This document shows positions 10,847 to 22,016 of a stretch of DNA of 64,000 nt, in pieces. The DNA is from Candidatus Heimdallarchaeota archaeon (GTDB taxonomy: Archaea > Asgardarchaeota > Heimdallarchaeia > JABLTI01), in NCBI GenBank assembly GCA_019058275.1, contig JAHLVW010000045.1, positions 44,316 through 108,315 on the forward strand. Reading direction: 5' to 3'. The first letter of the stretch is position 1. Each line of letters starts with the position of its first letter. Made by a program: the position numbers and the translations under genes. Below the pieces are notes generated by a model. It had not been told where the DNA came from. It made no database searches and saw nothing but the letters and a program-made list of their open reading frames with translations.

Positions 10847-12994
10847 TTATTCCTCTGTGTCTTCGATAATAGTCTCCAGTGCTTCAGCCTTATTACTCTC
10901 ATAGTTTTCTAGAACCTCTAATGGAGTTCCTGAACAATTTAACCAATTTGGGCATATCGTGTATGGTCTCTTACCTTTCTTTCGTATGGTTATCATCGGA
11001 AAACCACAATGTTTGCAATTCTTTTTAGCAGGAATAGCATAGCCAGACTGTGGAATTGGTGCGCTCCAATCACATAATTTCTTGTAATAACCAGTACATC
11101 CTACAAATCTTTTCTTAGTTCTAATCGATCTTGTAACTATTAATTCTCCTTGCTTGCAAACAGGACAAAGACCTAACATACGCTGTCTTTGTTTCAAATT
11201 CTGAACTTGCTCTTGTAGTGCTACACCAATTATCTTCTCTTTCTTGTAGAAGCTCTCAAGGATGTTCTTTAACTGCTTAATCGATTCCATTAGCACAATT
11301 TCTCTATCTTTCTCTCCAGTAGCGATGCTTTCCATATCCTTTTCTAAGTCTCTTGTTAATTCAATAGAAATAATATCTGGACTATTTTTCTCGAGAGTAT
11401 CAATTACAGCAAACCCTAAATCAGTAGCATTTATGCTTTCATCTTCAATATATCCTCTGGAATATAAAATATCAATAATTGATGCTCGAGTCGCTTTTGT
11501 ACCAAGCTCTTCCTCCTCCATTTTCTTTAGCAAGGAATTCGGATTATAACGAGCTGGTGGTTGTGTGTAGCTTTGTTTGTGAATAATGCTTGCAAATTTT
11601 ACTTTCTCTCTCTCAGCAAGATCAGGCAATTCAACTTCATCTACTTTCCCAAAAGGAGCATAGAATTCCAACCATCCCTTTTTGAGAACCTTCATACCAC
11701 GTAGATGGAAAATATGACCATTGAAATCAATATCCAATCGAAGACTTTTCTTAACGGCTGGAGGTCCAAAAATTGCTAGGTATCTGCACACTATTAACTT
11801 GTAAACATTTTGTGCATCAGAGCTCAAACTTGCAGCTGGTCGTTTACCAGTTGGATGTATTGGTGGGTGCGCAAGATCCTTCTTCTTACCAAAAGTAGGT
11901 TTCAATTTGGATAAACTCAGAAGCTTATTCGCTCGATCGCTATAGAGACCAATTTTTGCAAGATTTTTCAATATTGGTTTATGATTTATCGAAGCAGCAA
12001 ATTGCTGACTTCCAGTTCGTGGGTAAGAAATAAGTGCATTAAGATACAAGGATTCAGCAGCTCGTAGAGTTCTGCTAGGAGAATAACCAAAGTAACGATA
12101 TGCTTCTGATTGTAATGAGCCTAAATTAAATGGTAAAGGAGGATTCTGTGTCAGCTGTCTACTAGAGATTTTGCTAACAATACCTTCAGAACCTTTAGTA
12201 TCATTAACTATTTTATCAGCTTCAGTAAGGGTTGGAACAAATTTCTTATTATATTCAAGTTGAACATCTTCACCTTCAAGGACAATTCTTGCATCAATTG
12301 CCCAACGTGGTATAGGTACAAAGGTCTGAATGTTTCTTTCTCTGTCTGCTACAAATTTCAAAGTAGGACCTTGAACTCGTCCAGTTGAGATTAGCTTATA
12401 CCTCCCAGTGGAGTGTTTAATTGAAAGTGTAAGAGCTCGTGTCAAATTAATACCAAATAGCCAATCAATTTCATGACGAGTAAAACCTGCATGAGCAAGA
12501 TTGATGTCAATAGTTGGATTAAGATTTTCAAAAGAACTAACAATGTCCTCCTTAGTCAAAGTAGAAAATTTCATTCGTTTGACTTCAGTTAATTCCTTAT
12601 TACATGCATATTTTGCTATTGCTGCTCCAATAACTTCTCCCTCTAAATCATAATCAGTAGCTATAATTACCCCATCAATATCCCTACTGTATTTCTTGAA
12701 AGCAGCAATAAATGGTCTAGTTTTATTCTTGGGATTGTTCAAGTAAGAAGGAACCCATTTGTAACTGAAAGCTGGATAATGCCAACCACCAATGGAATCC
12801 TCAACAGTAGAGTAAAGATGTCCAAGAGCAGGAATGACAAAAATAGTATCACCATTTCTCCTGCACTCATAAACAGGAACTTTTGCTAAGTTTCTAGGAT
12901 TTGGTAGTTTCCTTGGTTTGCCTGCTTGATCAAGTGCCACAGCTATTCTTTTGGCAGCAGTTGGCTTTTCAGAAATACAAAGGTAATTGGACAA
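10847..12994 (-). CDS. topA: Type IA DNA topoisomerase (archaeal TopA)
   Basis: SEKP, ATDYDLEGE (TOPRIM), STGRVQGPTL, ISYPRT (catalytic Tyr), AHPPIHPT and GTKATR motifs; C-terminal Zn ribbons. Confidence 0.96.
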   Translation of the reverse strand: MSNYLCISEKPTAAKRIAVALDQAGKPRKLPNPRNLAKVPVYECRRNGDTIFVIPALGHLYSTVEDSIGGWHYPAFSYKWVPSYLNNPKNKTRPFIAAFKKYSRDIDGVIIATDYDLEGEVIGAAIAKYACNKELTEVKRMKFSTLTKEDIVSSFENLNPTIDINLAHAGFTRHEIDWLFGINLTRALTLSIKHSTGRYKLISTGRVQGPTLKFVADRERNIQTFVPIPRWAIDARIVLEGEDVQLEYNKKFVPTLTEADKIVNDTKGSEGIVSKISSRQLTQNPPLPFNLGSLQSEAYRYFGYSPSRTLRAAESLYLNALISYPRTGSQQFAASINHKPILKNLAKIGLYSDRANKLLSLSKLKPTFGKKKDLAHPPIHPTGKRPAASLSSDAQNVYKLIVCRYLAIFGPPAVKKSLRLDIDFNGHIFHLRGMKVLKKGWLEFYAPFGKVDEVELPDLAEREKVKFASIIHKQSYTQPPARYNPNSLLKKMEEEELGTKATRASIIDILYSRGYIEDESINATDLGFAVIDTLEKNSPDIISIELTRDLEKDMESIATGEKDREIVLMESIKQLKNILESFYKKEKIIGVALQEQVQNLKQRQRMLGLCPVCKQGELIVTRSIRTKKRFVGCTGYYKKLCDWSAPIPQSGYAIPAKKNCKHCGFPMITIRKKGKRPYTICPNWLNCSGTPLEVLENYESNKAEALETIIEDTEE

Positions 12995-13190
12995 GTTCTT
13001 TCCTTCTTTCGCTCACATTAATGCATGAATAATTAATTGCTTTCAATTAAAAAATCATTCACTCATATTTTTAAAATGAAGTACTATCACTTCAAAAAAA
13101 TAATAAAATAGATAGTATTAAACCCCTTCTAAAGCAATTTTAAAAGCAAAGAGAGTTATATCATACAAGAGATTTTGACTAAAAATTAAG

Positions 13191-14291
13191 GTGTTCCAAA
13201 AAATGGGTGATGATGTAGTTCACTTAAAAGTAGAAATACTTCAAGATTTTATGCGAGATGTATTTATTGGTCTAGGTGCGCCAGAAGAAGATGCGAAAAT
13301 TTGTGCTGATGTGCTTATAGCTTCTGATCTTAGAGGGATAACTTCACATGGCGTTCAACGACTGAAAATGTATTATGACCGTATTAAACTGGGATTAATA
13401 AATCCTGAAACAAACATAACAATAGTTAAAGAAAGTCCTACAACTGCAACCTTTGATGCAGGTCATGGATTGGGTCATGTTGTATCTTACAGAGCAATGG
13501 AATTAGCTATTAAAAAAGCTGAGGAGTATGGAACTGGCGCTGTAGCTGTAGGAAATTCCACACATTATGGTATAGCCGGCTATTATCTAATTATGGCTTG
13601 TAAAAAAGGAATGATTGGATTATCAATAACAAATGCAAGACCATCAATTGCTCCTACGTTTGGAATTGAACCAATGATGGGAACAAATCCATTAACATTC
13701 GGAATGCCAACAGATGAAGAATTTGATTTCATACTAGATTGTGCAACATCAATAACCCAAAGAGGAAAAATAGAAGTTTTTTCAAGAACTGAAACTCCCA
13801 TACCAGAAGGTTGGGTAATAGATAAAGATGGTAAATTGGCAACTGATCCAGTGGAAATTTTAAAACAACTAAAAGATGGTACAGCTGCTTTACTCCCTTT
13901 GGGAGGAGCAGGTGAAATAACTGGTGGGCATAAAGGATATGGTTACTCAGTAATCGTAGAGATGCTATCATCAGCATTATCTGGAGGACCATTTTTGAAA
14001 GACTTGACATTAGATAAGGGTTGGAAGATTGGTCATTTCTTCCTTGCAATAGATGTCTCCAAGTTTATCTCAGTTGATATTTTCAAGAAGATAACAGGTG
14101 ATATTTGTAGAACGCTAAGGAATTCAAAGAAAGCACCAGACCAAGAGAGAATATATACAGCTGGAGAAAAGGAATATGAAATGGAACAGAAGATAGCAAA
14201 AACTGGAGTACCGTTAAATAAAAGTCTACAAAACGATCTATTGACAATGAAGAAAGAACTTGGTTTAGAACAATACAAATTTCCTTTCTGA
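13191..14291 (+). CDS. Ldh_2 family (malate/L-lactate/sulfolactate) dehydrogenase
   Basis: DLRGITSHG, NSTHYGIAG, GTNPL and GGHKGYG motifs. Confidence 0.9.
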   Translation: MFQKMGDDVVHLKVEILQDFMRDVFIGLGAPEEDAKICADVLIASDLRGITSHGVQRLKMYYDRIKLGLINPETNITIVKESPTTATFDAGHGLGHVVSYRAMELAIKKAEEYGTGAVAVGNSTHYGIAGYYLIMACKKGMIGLSITNARPSIAPTFGIEPMMGTNPLTFGMPTDEEFDFILDCATSITQRGKIEVFSRTETPIPEGWVIDKDGKLATDPVEILKQLKDGTAALLPLGGAGEITGGHKGYGYSVIVEMLSSALSGGPFLKDLTLDKGWKIGHFFLAIDVSKFISVDIFKKITGDICRTLRNSKKAPDQERIYTAGEKEYEMEQKIAKTGVPLNKSLQNDLLTMKKELGLEQYKFPF

Positions 14292-14344
14292 TGCTTGCCC
14301 ATTTCCAAATTATAACAAGATCCAAACAATTGATGTGATGAAAA

Positions 14345-14602
14345 ATGTCTGAATGCTACATTTGTGGTAGAGAAGGAATAGCTAAATGCTCAGTTTGCCA
14401 TAAATCAATATGCAAAGTACATACAGAAGATGAGAAAGGAAAAATAATCGAAGAAAGTCTGATAAGCAAATTAATTTGCACTAGCTGTTTGAAAAAAAAG
14501 CGGTTAAATAGAATTCAAATCTATCTCTTTGTATGCTTTATTGTAATAGTTGTGGGAATAACTATAGGAATAATAGTAGTAGGTCGACAATTGTGGTGGT
14601 AA
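14345..14602 (+). CDS. Small Zn-finger protein with C-terminal TM helix
   Basis: CxxC-x6-CxxC-x4-CxxH...CxxC followed by a hydrophobic tail. Confidence 0.7.
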   Translation: MSECYICGREGIAKCSVCHKSICKVHTEDEKGKIIEESLISKLICTSCLKKKRLNRIQIYLFVCFIVIVVGITIGIIVVGRQLWW

Positions 14603-14618
14603 GGAAGAGGAATTTTTT

Positions 14619-15110
14619 TTATAGACTAATTACCGCTTTCTTAGCTTCCTTTCCAGACATAGCTTCAATGTCAATTCGACCTATAGTTACTCGAGAAACT
14701 GATTTTTCAGTAAGCTGCTTTTTAGCTACCTCATCAGGATTTTCTTCCAGTTTTTTAATCATATTCAGAAGCGCTTCCTTCTTTTCATCGAAACTATCAA
14801 TAAACGAAACTGTTCCAACAAACTGAGTTGTAGCATAAAGATGATCACATTTACCTTGCACGTAACCTTTGTCAATCAATGCTTGTCCCCAAACAACATT
14901 ATTAGCATTTAAGATGTCAATTTTCTTTCCTTCTCTAGCACAATGAAAATAAATACAGTTTTTATCAGGATCATAACCATGACTAAGAGTAACAAGATAA
15001 GGTTCATTATCTTTACACATAGCAATAGTTATGTGGTCTGCTAGTTGAATGATTTTCTTCATTTCTTCAGTACTTTCAATTGCTTTTTCCTTTCTTCTAA
15101 TACCTTTCAT
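14619..15110 (-). CDS. Pyridoxamine 5'-phosphate oxidase/NimA-like FMN-binding protein
   Basis: IRRKEK, PYLVTLSHG, IYFHCAREGKKIDIL and MSGK motifs. Confidence 0.88.
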   Translation of the reverse strand: MKGIRRKEKAIESTEEMKKIIQLADHITIAMCKDNEPYLVTLSHGYDPDKNCIYFHCAREGKKIDILNANNVVWGQALIDKGYVQGKCDHLYATTQFVGTVSFIDSFDEKKEALLNMIKKLEENPDEVAKKQLTEKSVSRVTIGRIDIEAMSGKEAKKAVISL

Positions 15111-15151
15111 GAATTTTAACCTCTTCTAGATTAGAAAACCTGATAATTATT

Positions 15152-16477
15152 TCAGGATTCTAATATTCTCTTTATAACATTTTCAGAAATTTGTATTATT
15201 CTATCTTTATCATGTTTAGATTCCATATAATGAAAATGAAAAAACATCTTCTTTCTCAAAGTGAAAACAATAACTGTCATAGCATCAAGTGTGTTTGAAA
15301 TTGCGGCATTAAATGAATCAACAGAATATTTCTCTGATTCTAAAGCTATCCCCAATTTATCTAAAGATCTAAGATTAGTAATTGCAAAAGGATCCTGTCT
15401 GCTAACAATGTCAGTATATAATAATCCAAGTGTTTCTAAAGTTGTTAGAGAAATTGTTTTGTTTAATATTCTGTTAATGCTAAAGACCTTCCTATCACGT
15501 AAATTCCAAATCAATTTTCTTTGGTAACGTTTTGCGTTTTCCCAAAACCCATTTCTCTTATGATATTTTGTTGTAAATACAGTACCACCAGCATATAGGC
15601 CAAATGATTCTCCAATAGGATAGTTCAATCGATTTCTTAGATCGACAGGATTGTTAATTGTCGAAATATCGGGAAGAAATGCAGTGCAAATTGCACTATG
15701 AACAGAAATTCTTCTATCCTTACATTTCTTTAAGAATTCTTTAGTTTGACTTTCAGAAAGATTCCAAGAATGAATTTGTAAATCATCATGCTTTGAATTC
15801 TTATTTTCTTCTAATTCTTTTCTTCGTCTTCCAAATCCAAAAATAAAGAAATGATAAACTTTCAATAATGCAAGCATAATTTTAGACCGAGTAGAAGTTT
15901 TAGGAATTGTCCTTCTAACTTTAGGAGGAAAAATATCTTCCTTTTTTGTGGGTGTATCAAGAACAACTACTTTCTCTGTGGGATTATTTAGATATTTAAT
16001 AATATCTCGAATGAGAAATGCCATAGACATTCCATCTGTTACTGTATGCTGACAGCACAAAACTAGATCAGTATTTTGATTAGCAAACAATAAGGAAACA
16101 CGGAATAGTGGTAATACCTTACTTTCTAAATTAAAAGGTGTTACTAACTGCTTATGGAATTCCTTTAAGGTATCACCTTCATTTTTACGTTCAATAATAG
16201 AAATAGGTATTGACACAACACCTTCTGAAGTAAAACAGGGAATCTCTTGGATATTAAATTCAATTCTGGCTTTTAGTAAAGGATGTCGATGTTGAACTTT
16301 CGATAGAACTTTTTCAAGAAGATCAATTGTTAATTTACCTTGTATACGAAGGATAACAACTAAATTGTAAGGCTGTCCTATTGCAAAATTAAGATATTCT
16401 AATTCATTTAGTTCTCGCTTCATTTGTATAACACTAACGATATTCATAGAATAAATCTTTTCTCTATTGATAAACAT
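15152..16477 (-). CDS. Condensation-domain/PapA5-like acyltransferase
   Basis: HRHPLLKARI; QHTVTDGMS (HxxxDG variant); PVDLRNRL; ITNL. Confidence 0.8.
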   Translation of the reverse strand: MFINREKIYSMNIVSVIQMKRELNELEYLNFAIGQPYNLVVILRIQGKLTIDLLEKVLSKVQHRHPLLKARIEFNIQEIPCFTSEGVVSIPISIIERKNEGDTLKEFHKQLVTPFNLESKVLPLFRVSLLFANQNTDLVLCCQHTVTDGMSMAFLIRDIIKYLNNPTEKVVVLDTPTKKEDIFPPKVRRTIPKTSTRSKIMLALLKVYHFFIFGFGRRRKELEENKNSKHDDLQIHSWNLSESQTKEFLKKCKDRRISVHSAICTAFLPDISTINNPVDLRNRLNYPIGESFGLYAGGTVFTTKYHKRNGFWENAKRYQRKLIWNLRDRKVFSINRILNKTISLTTLETLGLLYTDIVSRQDPFAITNLRSLDKLGIALESEKYSVDSFNAAISNTLDAMTVIVFTLRKKMFFHFHYMESKHDKDRIIQISENVIKRILES

Positions 16478-16508
16478 TATATGAAAGAATAAAAAAAAGA
16501 AATCTGAA

Positions 16509-17123
16509 TTATAGTTTATAACTCAGACCTTTCTCGAAAGCCTTAAGGTTGACTTCAACGTATTTTGGTGGAAGAATAGCCTTCATACCATCAATGATTT
16601 GCTCTTTTGAGATAGGAAGAATATCTGTGTTAGCTACAAGAGCACCTATAAGAATCATGTTCATAGTTCGGTTAACACCAAGCTCTTGAGCATCACTTTG
16701 AGCAGGAACCATGAGTACATTAGGGGTCACTCGCTTAAGATCAGCTTCGATCTCTTCTAAAGAGGGATACTTGATTTCACCCTTTGAATGCCTAACTGCA
16801 AGAGGTTGGTAGGTAGTAGTGTTTATAACAACAATACCATTTTCTCTTAGTTTTGGAAGTGATCTAACAGATTCAAGGGCTTCTAGAGCTATAAGGACAT
16901 CTGCTTCTCCAATAGTACATTGAGGTGACTCAGTAGGATCATAACCAATAGCAAGGTCAGAAACAACAATTCCTCCTCTTTGAGCTAAACCATGAGTTTC
17001 CATGGTCATAACTGATAAACCAGCAAGCTTAGCAGCAGTGGCTAATACTCGACTAGTGGAACCAATGCCTTGTCCACCCATTCCGGTTACATGAACTTTC
17101 AGTGTTTTTCTAGTCATTTTCAT
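16509..17123 (-). CDS. iorB: Indolepyruvate:ferredoxin oxidoreductase beta subunit
   Basis: GMGGQG, ETHGLAQRGG and NLKAFEKG motifs; adjacent to iorA. Confidence 0.92.
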   Translation of the reverse strand: MKMTRKTLKVHVTGMGGQGIGSTSRVLATAAKLAGLSVMTMETHGLAQRGGIVVSDLAIGYDPTESPQCTIGEADVLIALEALESVRSLPKLRENGIVVINTTTYQPLAVRHSKGEIKYPSLEEIEADLKRVTPNVLMVPAQSDAQELGVNRTMNMILIGALVANTDILPISKEQIIDGMKAILPPKYVEVNLKAFEKGLSYKL

Positions 17124-17130
17124 AGCACCT

Positions 17131-19053
17131 CTAGATACGAATAAATTTCTCCATTTGTTTAATAGGCTTCACTTTAAGTGGGCAGGTTTGTACACAGCAA
17201 CCGCAGCCTATACAAAGATCAGTGTTTATCTGCGGTTTCTCACCCTTCTTCTCAATAGCTGGGCAAGCAAAATCAGCAAGACAATTCTGAATGTTACGGC
17301 AAATGTCATGGTCAATCTGGTATGGTTTCGCTAAAGTACCAGCTCTGAGTTCAGCTCGAGAACGCATTAAAGCACATTCTTCTTCTTGGATAACAACAGC
17401 AAATTCGTCCTGAGCAAAAGCTTCTTCCAAAGCTTCAACTAAGGCAGCTACATTATAAGCAGGTACTCTTTTAACGAATTTAACACCCCAAGCTTTCAAA
17501 GTTTCATCAATACTAACTTGTTTTGGATCTTGATATTTTGGAGGAAATCTACCACCTTTCAGTTTTGAACTTGTATTGGGATTCGGTTGATGTCCAGTCA
17601 TTGAGCTATAGCCATTATCCATCACCATAAGTACATGTTTATGTTTGTTGAATACCGCATTTACTATTCCTGGCATTGCTGCATGGAAGAATGTTGAATC
17701 TCCTACGAATGACATTATTGGTGTATCTGGTAATGCTAGCTTCATACCTGATGATGCTGGTACTCCAGAACCCATGCTGTATAGCAATGTTCCTTGATTA
17801 TGTGGGTCCAAATATCCTAGTGAGTAGCATCCTATATCTGCCATTGAATGTCCTTTCAATTTATCCATAACGATTTTTGCTGCGTGAAATGCTGTTCTAT
17901 GGCCACATCCTGGACAGAGGACTGGAGACCTTCTAGGAATATCTAGTTTGGATGAATTTGACTTAATTGGATTAGGAATTTTCAGTAGTTTTGAAAACAT
18001 ACCAACTAACCGAGCTGTATCATACTCAGAAATCATTAAATCTTCATAGTCTTCTTCTTTGCTCTTTCCGATTATTTTTGTACCAGTTATTCCTTGTTCA
18101 AATAGCTCAACTTTCACTAGTTCCTCTATGAATGGATCCAATTCCTCTAGAATCTTGACTGTTTTGTTCTTCTTTATGAATTCCACGATTTTCTTCATTG
18201 GTAATGGATAGATTATACCAAGTTTGAGGATGTTTGCTGAAGTTTCTAGTTTTCTTAGGGCTGCTTTTGTTGCAGCATAAGCATGTCCAGCAGTAATTAT
18301 ACCAATTTGTGGTTCTCCATCTCCCACTTTCTCTTCCTTCAATAAAGCACCACTATTTGCTAGATCCTCCCATTTTTTCAAATTTCTAAGGGATTTTTCT
18401 TTCAGTGGTTTAAGGGTCGCTGGTAGAGGTACGTATCCTCCATCAAGCCAAGGATCATATCCACGTTCGATATTTACTTCCTTCTTTGGGCCATATTCCA
18501 CAAGACCAGTTTGATGACAGATTCTTGTGGTTGATCGAATAACCACAGGCATTTTCCATTTTTGTGCTTGTTCCATAGCAAAAACAACATAGTCTTTTGC
18601 TTCTTGTGCATTTGCTGGTTCAAGCATTGGAATGTGCCCAATTTTCGCATAATACCTATTATCCTGTTCATTTTGTGAGGAATGCGGTCCTGGATCATCA
18701 CCTAAAATAACTACTAAACCACCTGGTATTGTAAACAAACTTAGTTGTACAAACGAATCAGCAGCAACGTTTAATCCAACACTTTTCATAAAGCAAACTG
18801 CTGAAGCACCACCAATTGCTGCGGATGCTGCAACTTCAGTCGCTACCTTTTCATTAGTAGAAAATTCGAAGTATATCCCACTTTTATCAGCGATTTCAGC
18901 TAATCTCATACCAATTTCACTTGTGGGTGAACCTGGATAAGCAGCAGAGACTTTTACTCCTGCTTCAATCATTCCTCGAACAAACGCATCGTTCCCAAGG
19001 AGAATTTCCTTGTACGGTGCATCCATTAACAGAGGATGAGTTTTAGATGCCAT
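17131..19053 (-). CDS. iorA: Indolepyruvate:ferredoxin oxidoreductase alpha subunit (start probably MASKTH at 19053)
   Basis: YPGSPTSEI, NEKVA, DDPGPHSSQNEQD, LCPGCGHR, DIGCY and GDSTFFH (TPP) motifs; C-terminal ferredoxin. Confidence 0.95.
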   Translation of the reverse strand: MASKTHPLLMDAPYKEILLGNDAFVRGMIEAGVKVSAAYPGSPTSEIGMRLAEIADKSGIYFEFSTNEKVATEVAASAAIGGASAVCFMKSVGLNVAADSFVQLSLFTIPGGLVVILGDDPGPHSSQNEQDNRYYAKIGHIPMLEPANAQEAKDYVVFAMEQAQKWKMPVVIRSTTRICHQTGLVEYGPKKEVNIERGYDPWLDGGYVPLPATLKPLKEKSLRNLKKWEDLANSGALLKEEKVGDGEPQIGIITAGHAYAATKAALRKLETSANILKLGIIYPLPMKKIVEFIKKNKTVKILEELDPFIEELVKVELFEQGITGTKIIGKSKEEDYEDLMISEYDTARLVGMFSKLLKIPNPIKSNSSKLDIPRRSPVLCPGCGHRTAFHAAKIVMDKLKGHSMADIGCYSLGYLDPHNQGTLLYSMGSGVPASSGMKLALPDTPIMSFVGDSTFFHAAMPGIVNAVFNKHKHVLMVMDNGYSSMTGHQPNPNTSSKLKGGRFPPKYQDPKQVSIDETLKAWGVKFVKRVPAYNVAALVEALEEAFAQDEFAVVIQEEECALMRSRAELRAGTLAKPYQIDHDICRNIQNCLADFACPAIEKKGEKPQINTDLCIGCGCCVQTCPLKVKPIKQMEKFIRI

Positions 19054-19172
19054 AACATCAATTTCCTTCTTTTCACTAAATAATAGTAATATTTCTTTAA
19101 TCAATAGAATTTAGAAGAGCTCTTAATGTTTTCCGTTTAAAAAAACAAAGCAGATTATTTTAAAGGTAATTT

Positions 19173-20273
19173 TTAGATTTCTTTACACTCAAATAACCCA
19201 TAAGGTAATTCGACCATCAAGATTTCATCTCCATCTTGATGATTTTCAAATATCATGTTAATATCAATGTCAATTGTTTCATATGAAGCTGTATTCATAA
19301 TAGAAACATTTGGAGCTTGAATTGCTACTACAATGTATTTTTGGAATTGATCTTTTTTCTTGAGAACTTTAACATGATCGGGATGACTATCTTTTATTGA
19401 AAGGGTTTTACTTTCTCTAGTTTTTAGATTTTGAATTTCCACTCTTCCTTGTTTTATACCTATGATTTGAAAAGCATTATTTAGATAGTTCACAACATCT
19501 CCTAACTCAAAGTATGGCATTCTTATACAATAAGTGGATTGATAGATAGGTTTCCCATCTTTCATTGACTTTAATTTAGTGCTGTATTCAATGGATGCTG
19601 CCAAATTTTCTGAGAGAAAACTAGTAATAGTTTTAGCGAATTTATCGCTACCAACGTAGAGATCAATTCCCCCTTTGGCTTGATCAACAACTTTAGCGAT
19701 GTAAGCCATTCTATTCTCTCCTACCCTAGAGTCTTTCTTCTGTTGTATTAGATCTGTTATCTGAAGTTGTTCTTCTTCGTTGATAGGTCTTCTATCACTT
19801 CTTATTTGGACAATAGTCTCAAAATAGCCTCGAGTAAATTTTGCACACCTATCACAAACACCAATGTTGACCATTAAAGTCAAATCATATTCTTGTTGAT
19901 AGGGTGGTACATCATCATTAGGTGTTCCTTCAAAAATTATTTTCAGAGTTTGCTTAGATGCTAGATCACATGATGGTTCTTCAAAATCACCTACAATAAC
20001 AACTTGAGCATCTGTTTCTTTCTTTGTTTTATTAAGAAATTTATCCAAGAACTCCAGGACAATTTCCTTGGGATTATCATGAACCTCTGCCCATCTTCCA
20101 TGGTACATGAAATCACCACATAATTTACAAGCTGTTAAGTTGAATTGCTTTTCATAGAATGAGCTTATGAGTGGAAATTCATCCTTGTAGCAACTAAGAC
20201 AAAATCCATCTACTATTGGTTCTTCTTCTTCGCTTTTTCCACACTTACAGCAAATTTGACTCATGAGTCCCAC
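19173..20273 (-). CDS. nmd3: NMD3 family ribosomal large-subunit biogenesis protein
   Basis: Four CxxC pairs, GYFETIVQIR and GGIDLYVGS; sits in the conserved nmd3-DUF424-aIF2beta cluster. Confidence 0.9.
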   Translation of the reverse strand: MGLMSQICCKCGKSEEEEPIVDGFCLSCYKDEFPLISSFYEKQFNLTACKLCGDFMYHGRWAEVHDNPKEIVLEFLDKFLNKTKKETDAQVVIVGDFEEPSCDLASKQTLKIIFEGTPNDDVPPYQQEYDLTLMVNIGVCDRCAKFTRGYFETIVQIRSDRRPINEEEQLQITDLIQQKKDSRVGENRMAYIAKVVDQAKGGIDLYVGSDKFAKTITSFLSENLAASIEYSTKLKSMKDGKPIYQSTYCIRMPYFELGDVVNYLNNAFQIIGIKQGRVEIQNLKTRESKTLSIKDSHPDHVKVLKKKDQFQKYIVVAIQAPNVSIMNTASYETIDIDINMIFENHQDGDEILMVELPYGLFECKEI

Positions 20274-20324
20274 CCTAAGAAATTATGGGGATAAGTATTG
20301 TTAGGTAATGAGAATAAAGTTATG

Positions 20325-20645
20325 TTATCGTAAAAACATTACATGCCCAACTTTACCATGATCTGGGCAATTAATCCACATGACTGCTAATTCATTAACC
20401 ATTCTATTCTCTACAGCAGCATCCACTATTGTTTTACCAATGAGGTTGAAGTTAGTAGCTATCTTCATTTGCTCGAGACATTTTTCTAATGGAACAAGTT
20501 CACCTCCAAAGAAACGATCGTTGATGCAAAGCTCTAGTTCACCTTCACAGATTGTTTTTCCGAGTAAATCTTCGTCACAAACAGTGACCAAATATTCCTT
20601 CTGAGTTTGGCGCACTCGTAGGTAGAACAATTGCTTTTTCGTCAT
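20325..20645 (-). CDS. DUF424 family protein
   Basis: VCDEDLLGK, FFGGE and NLIG motifs; conserved gene position. Confidence 0.88.
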   Translation of the reverse strand: MTKKQLFYLRVRQTQKEYLVTVCDEDLLGKTICEGELELCINDRFFGGELVPLEKCLEQMKIATNFNLIGKTIVDAAVENRMVNELAVMWINCPDHGKVGHVMFLR

Positions 20646-20681
20646 TGATATCTCTCAATCTAGTTTATACATTTAGGTATT

Positions 20682-21089
20682 TTAAACTGGTTTAACACTG
20701 GTACGAGCACCACAAGCTTCACATACGAGGAAGTTAATTCTGTCTTCTTTTACCAGATTAGTGTCTGGTTTTTTACATTCAGGACAGATTACGTAATCTT
20801 TCAAATAACGATTGAGTAATTCATTCATTATTCCTCGAAAATGCTTGCCTGCAAATACAGCTCTTTGCCCTTCTATATTAGCAGATGTTGCTAACTCCTT
20901 AGTAAGGAATTTTAGAAGGTGATTTTCATCACGATTTAAGGCGCTTACAACTTGATGCCAATTCTTAAAGAAAGTACGATTTCCTTCAATTGAGATATCA
21001 GGTCTTGGTGGCTCGAAACGAGATATTTCGAATATCTTCTTAGGTAATTGTTTGCGAGCTCGCTTAAGCAAATCTTCATAGTTTGACAT
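20682..21089 (-). CDS. eif2b: Translation initiation factor 2 beta subunit (aIF-2beta)
   Basis: YEDLLKRA, RFEPP, LNRDENHLLKFL and YVICPECKKPDT...CEACGA motifs. Confidence 0.95.
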   Translation of the reverse strand: MSNYEDLLKRARKQLPKKIFEISRFEPPRPDISIEGNRTFFKNWHQVVSALNRDENHLLKFLTKELATSANIEGQRAVFAGKHFRGIMNELLNRYLKDYVICPECKKPDTNLVKEDRINFLVCEACGARTSVKPV

Positions 21090-21137
21090 AAAGCTAAATC
21101 TTTAGGACTCTAAATTAAAATCTTTTGACTCTAATGA

Positions 21138-21986
21138 ATGATTCGCCGAAAAAACCAAAAGGAATGTTTCATCTGTCATTTTGTGGATTCCATGTTTGTA
21201 AAATTAGGTATCATTGGAGGATCTGGTTTCTATCAATCACCTGGGAAATCTGAAGAAAAAACTGTAAAAACACCTTTTGGAGAGGTTCCTGTTGTCCTAT
21301 CTAAAATTAAAGGCAAAAAGGTAGCTTTTGTCGCGCGACATACAAAAAATCACAGTATACCTCCACACCTCGTAAATTACAAAGCTAACATTTATGCATT
21401 GTACACATTGGGGATTGATCGCATTATATCCACCAGCGCAGTTGGTTCTTTAGATAAGAAAATAATTCCTGGAACTTTCGTTATTCCTGATCAATTTATT
21501 GATTTTACAAAAAAAAGACCAAACACATTCTTTGATGGTATTTTTGAAGTAACTCTACACTCAGGGAAAATGAGAAGTGGTGTTATTCATACAGATTTTT
21601 CAAATCCTTATTGCTTGAATTTGCGGAAAACGATAATAGAAGCAGCTCAAGAAATAAATCAACAAATAATTGGAAAAGGAGTATATATTTGTACTGAAGG
21701 TCCGAGATTTGAAACTCCCGCAGAAATAAAAGCATATAAGAAGTTGGGAGGAACGATTGTGGGAATGACATCAGCAACAGAAAGCATACTAGCTAGAGAA
21801 TTAGGAATGTGTTATTCAACAATCTGTTTGGTGACAAACCTTGCAGCTGGCATGCAAGAGAAAATAACTGCTGAAGAAGTATATGAACTATTTAAATCAA
21901 AAATGGATGATTTAGTAGCTCTTATTGAGAAATCCATTGAAAATCTTACATTATCACAAGACAAATGTGATTGTAACCAAATATAG
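21138..21986 (+). CDS. mtnP: S-methyl-5'-thioadenosine/thioinosine phosphorylase (true start probably ~21192)
   Basis: GIIGGSG, ARH...HSIPPH, PDQFID, EGPRFETPAE, VGMT and TNLAAG motifs. Confidence 0.9.
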   Translation: MIRRKNQKECFICHFVDSMFVKLGIIGGSGFYQSPGKSEEKTVKTPFGEVPVVLSKIKGKKVAFVARHTKNHSIPPHLVNYKANIYALYTLGIDRIISTSAVGSLDKKIIPGTFVIPDQFIDFTKKRPNTFFDGIFEVTLHSGKMRSGVIHTDFSNPYCLNLRKTIIEAAQEINQQIIGKGVYICTEGPRFETPAEIKAYKKLGGTIVGMTSATESILARELGMCYSTICLVTNLAAGMQEKITAEEVYELFKSKMDDLVALIEKSIENLTLSQDKCDCNQI

Positions 21987-22016
21987 TGATTTTTATAAAA
22001 GAAAAAAAGATGATAA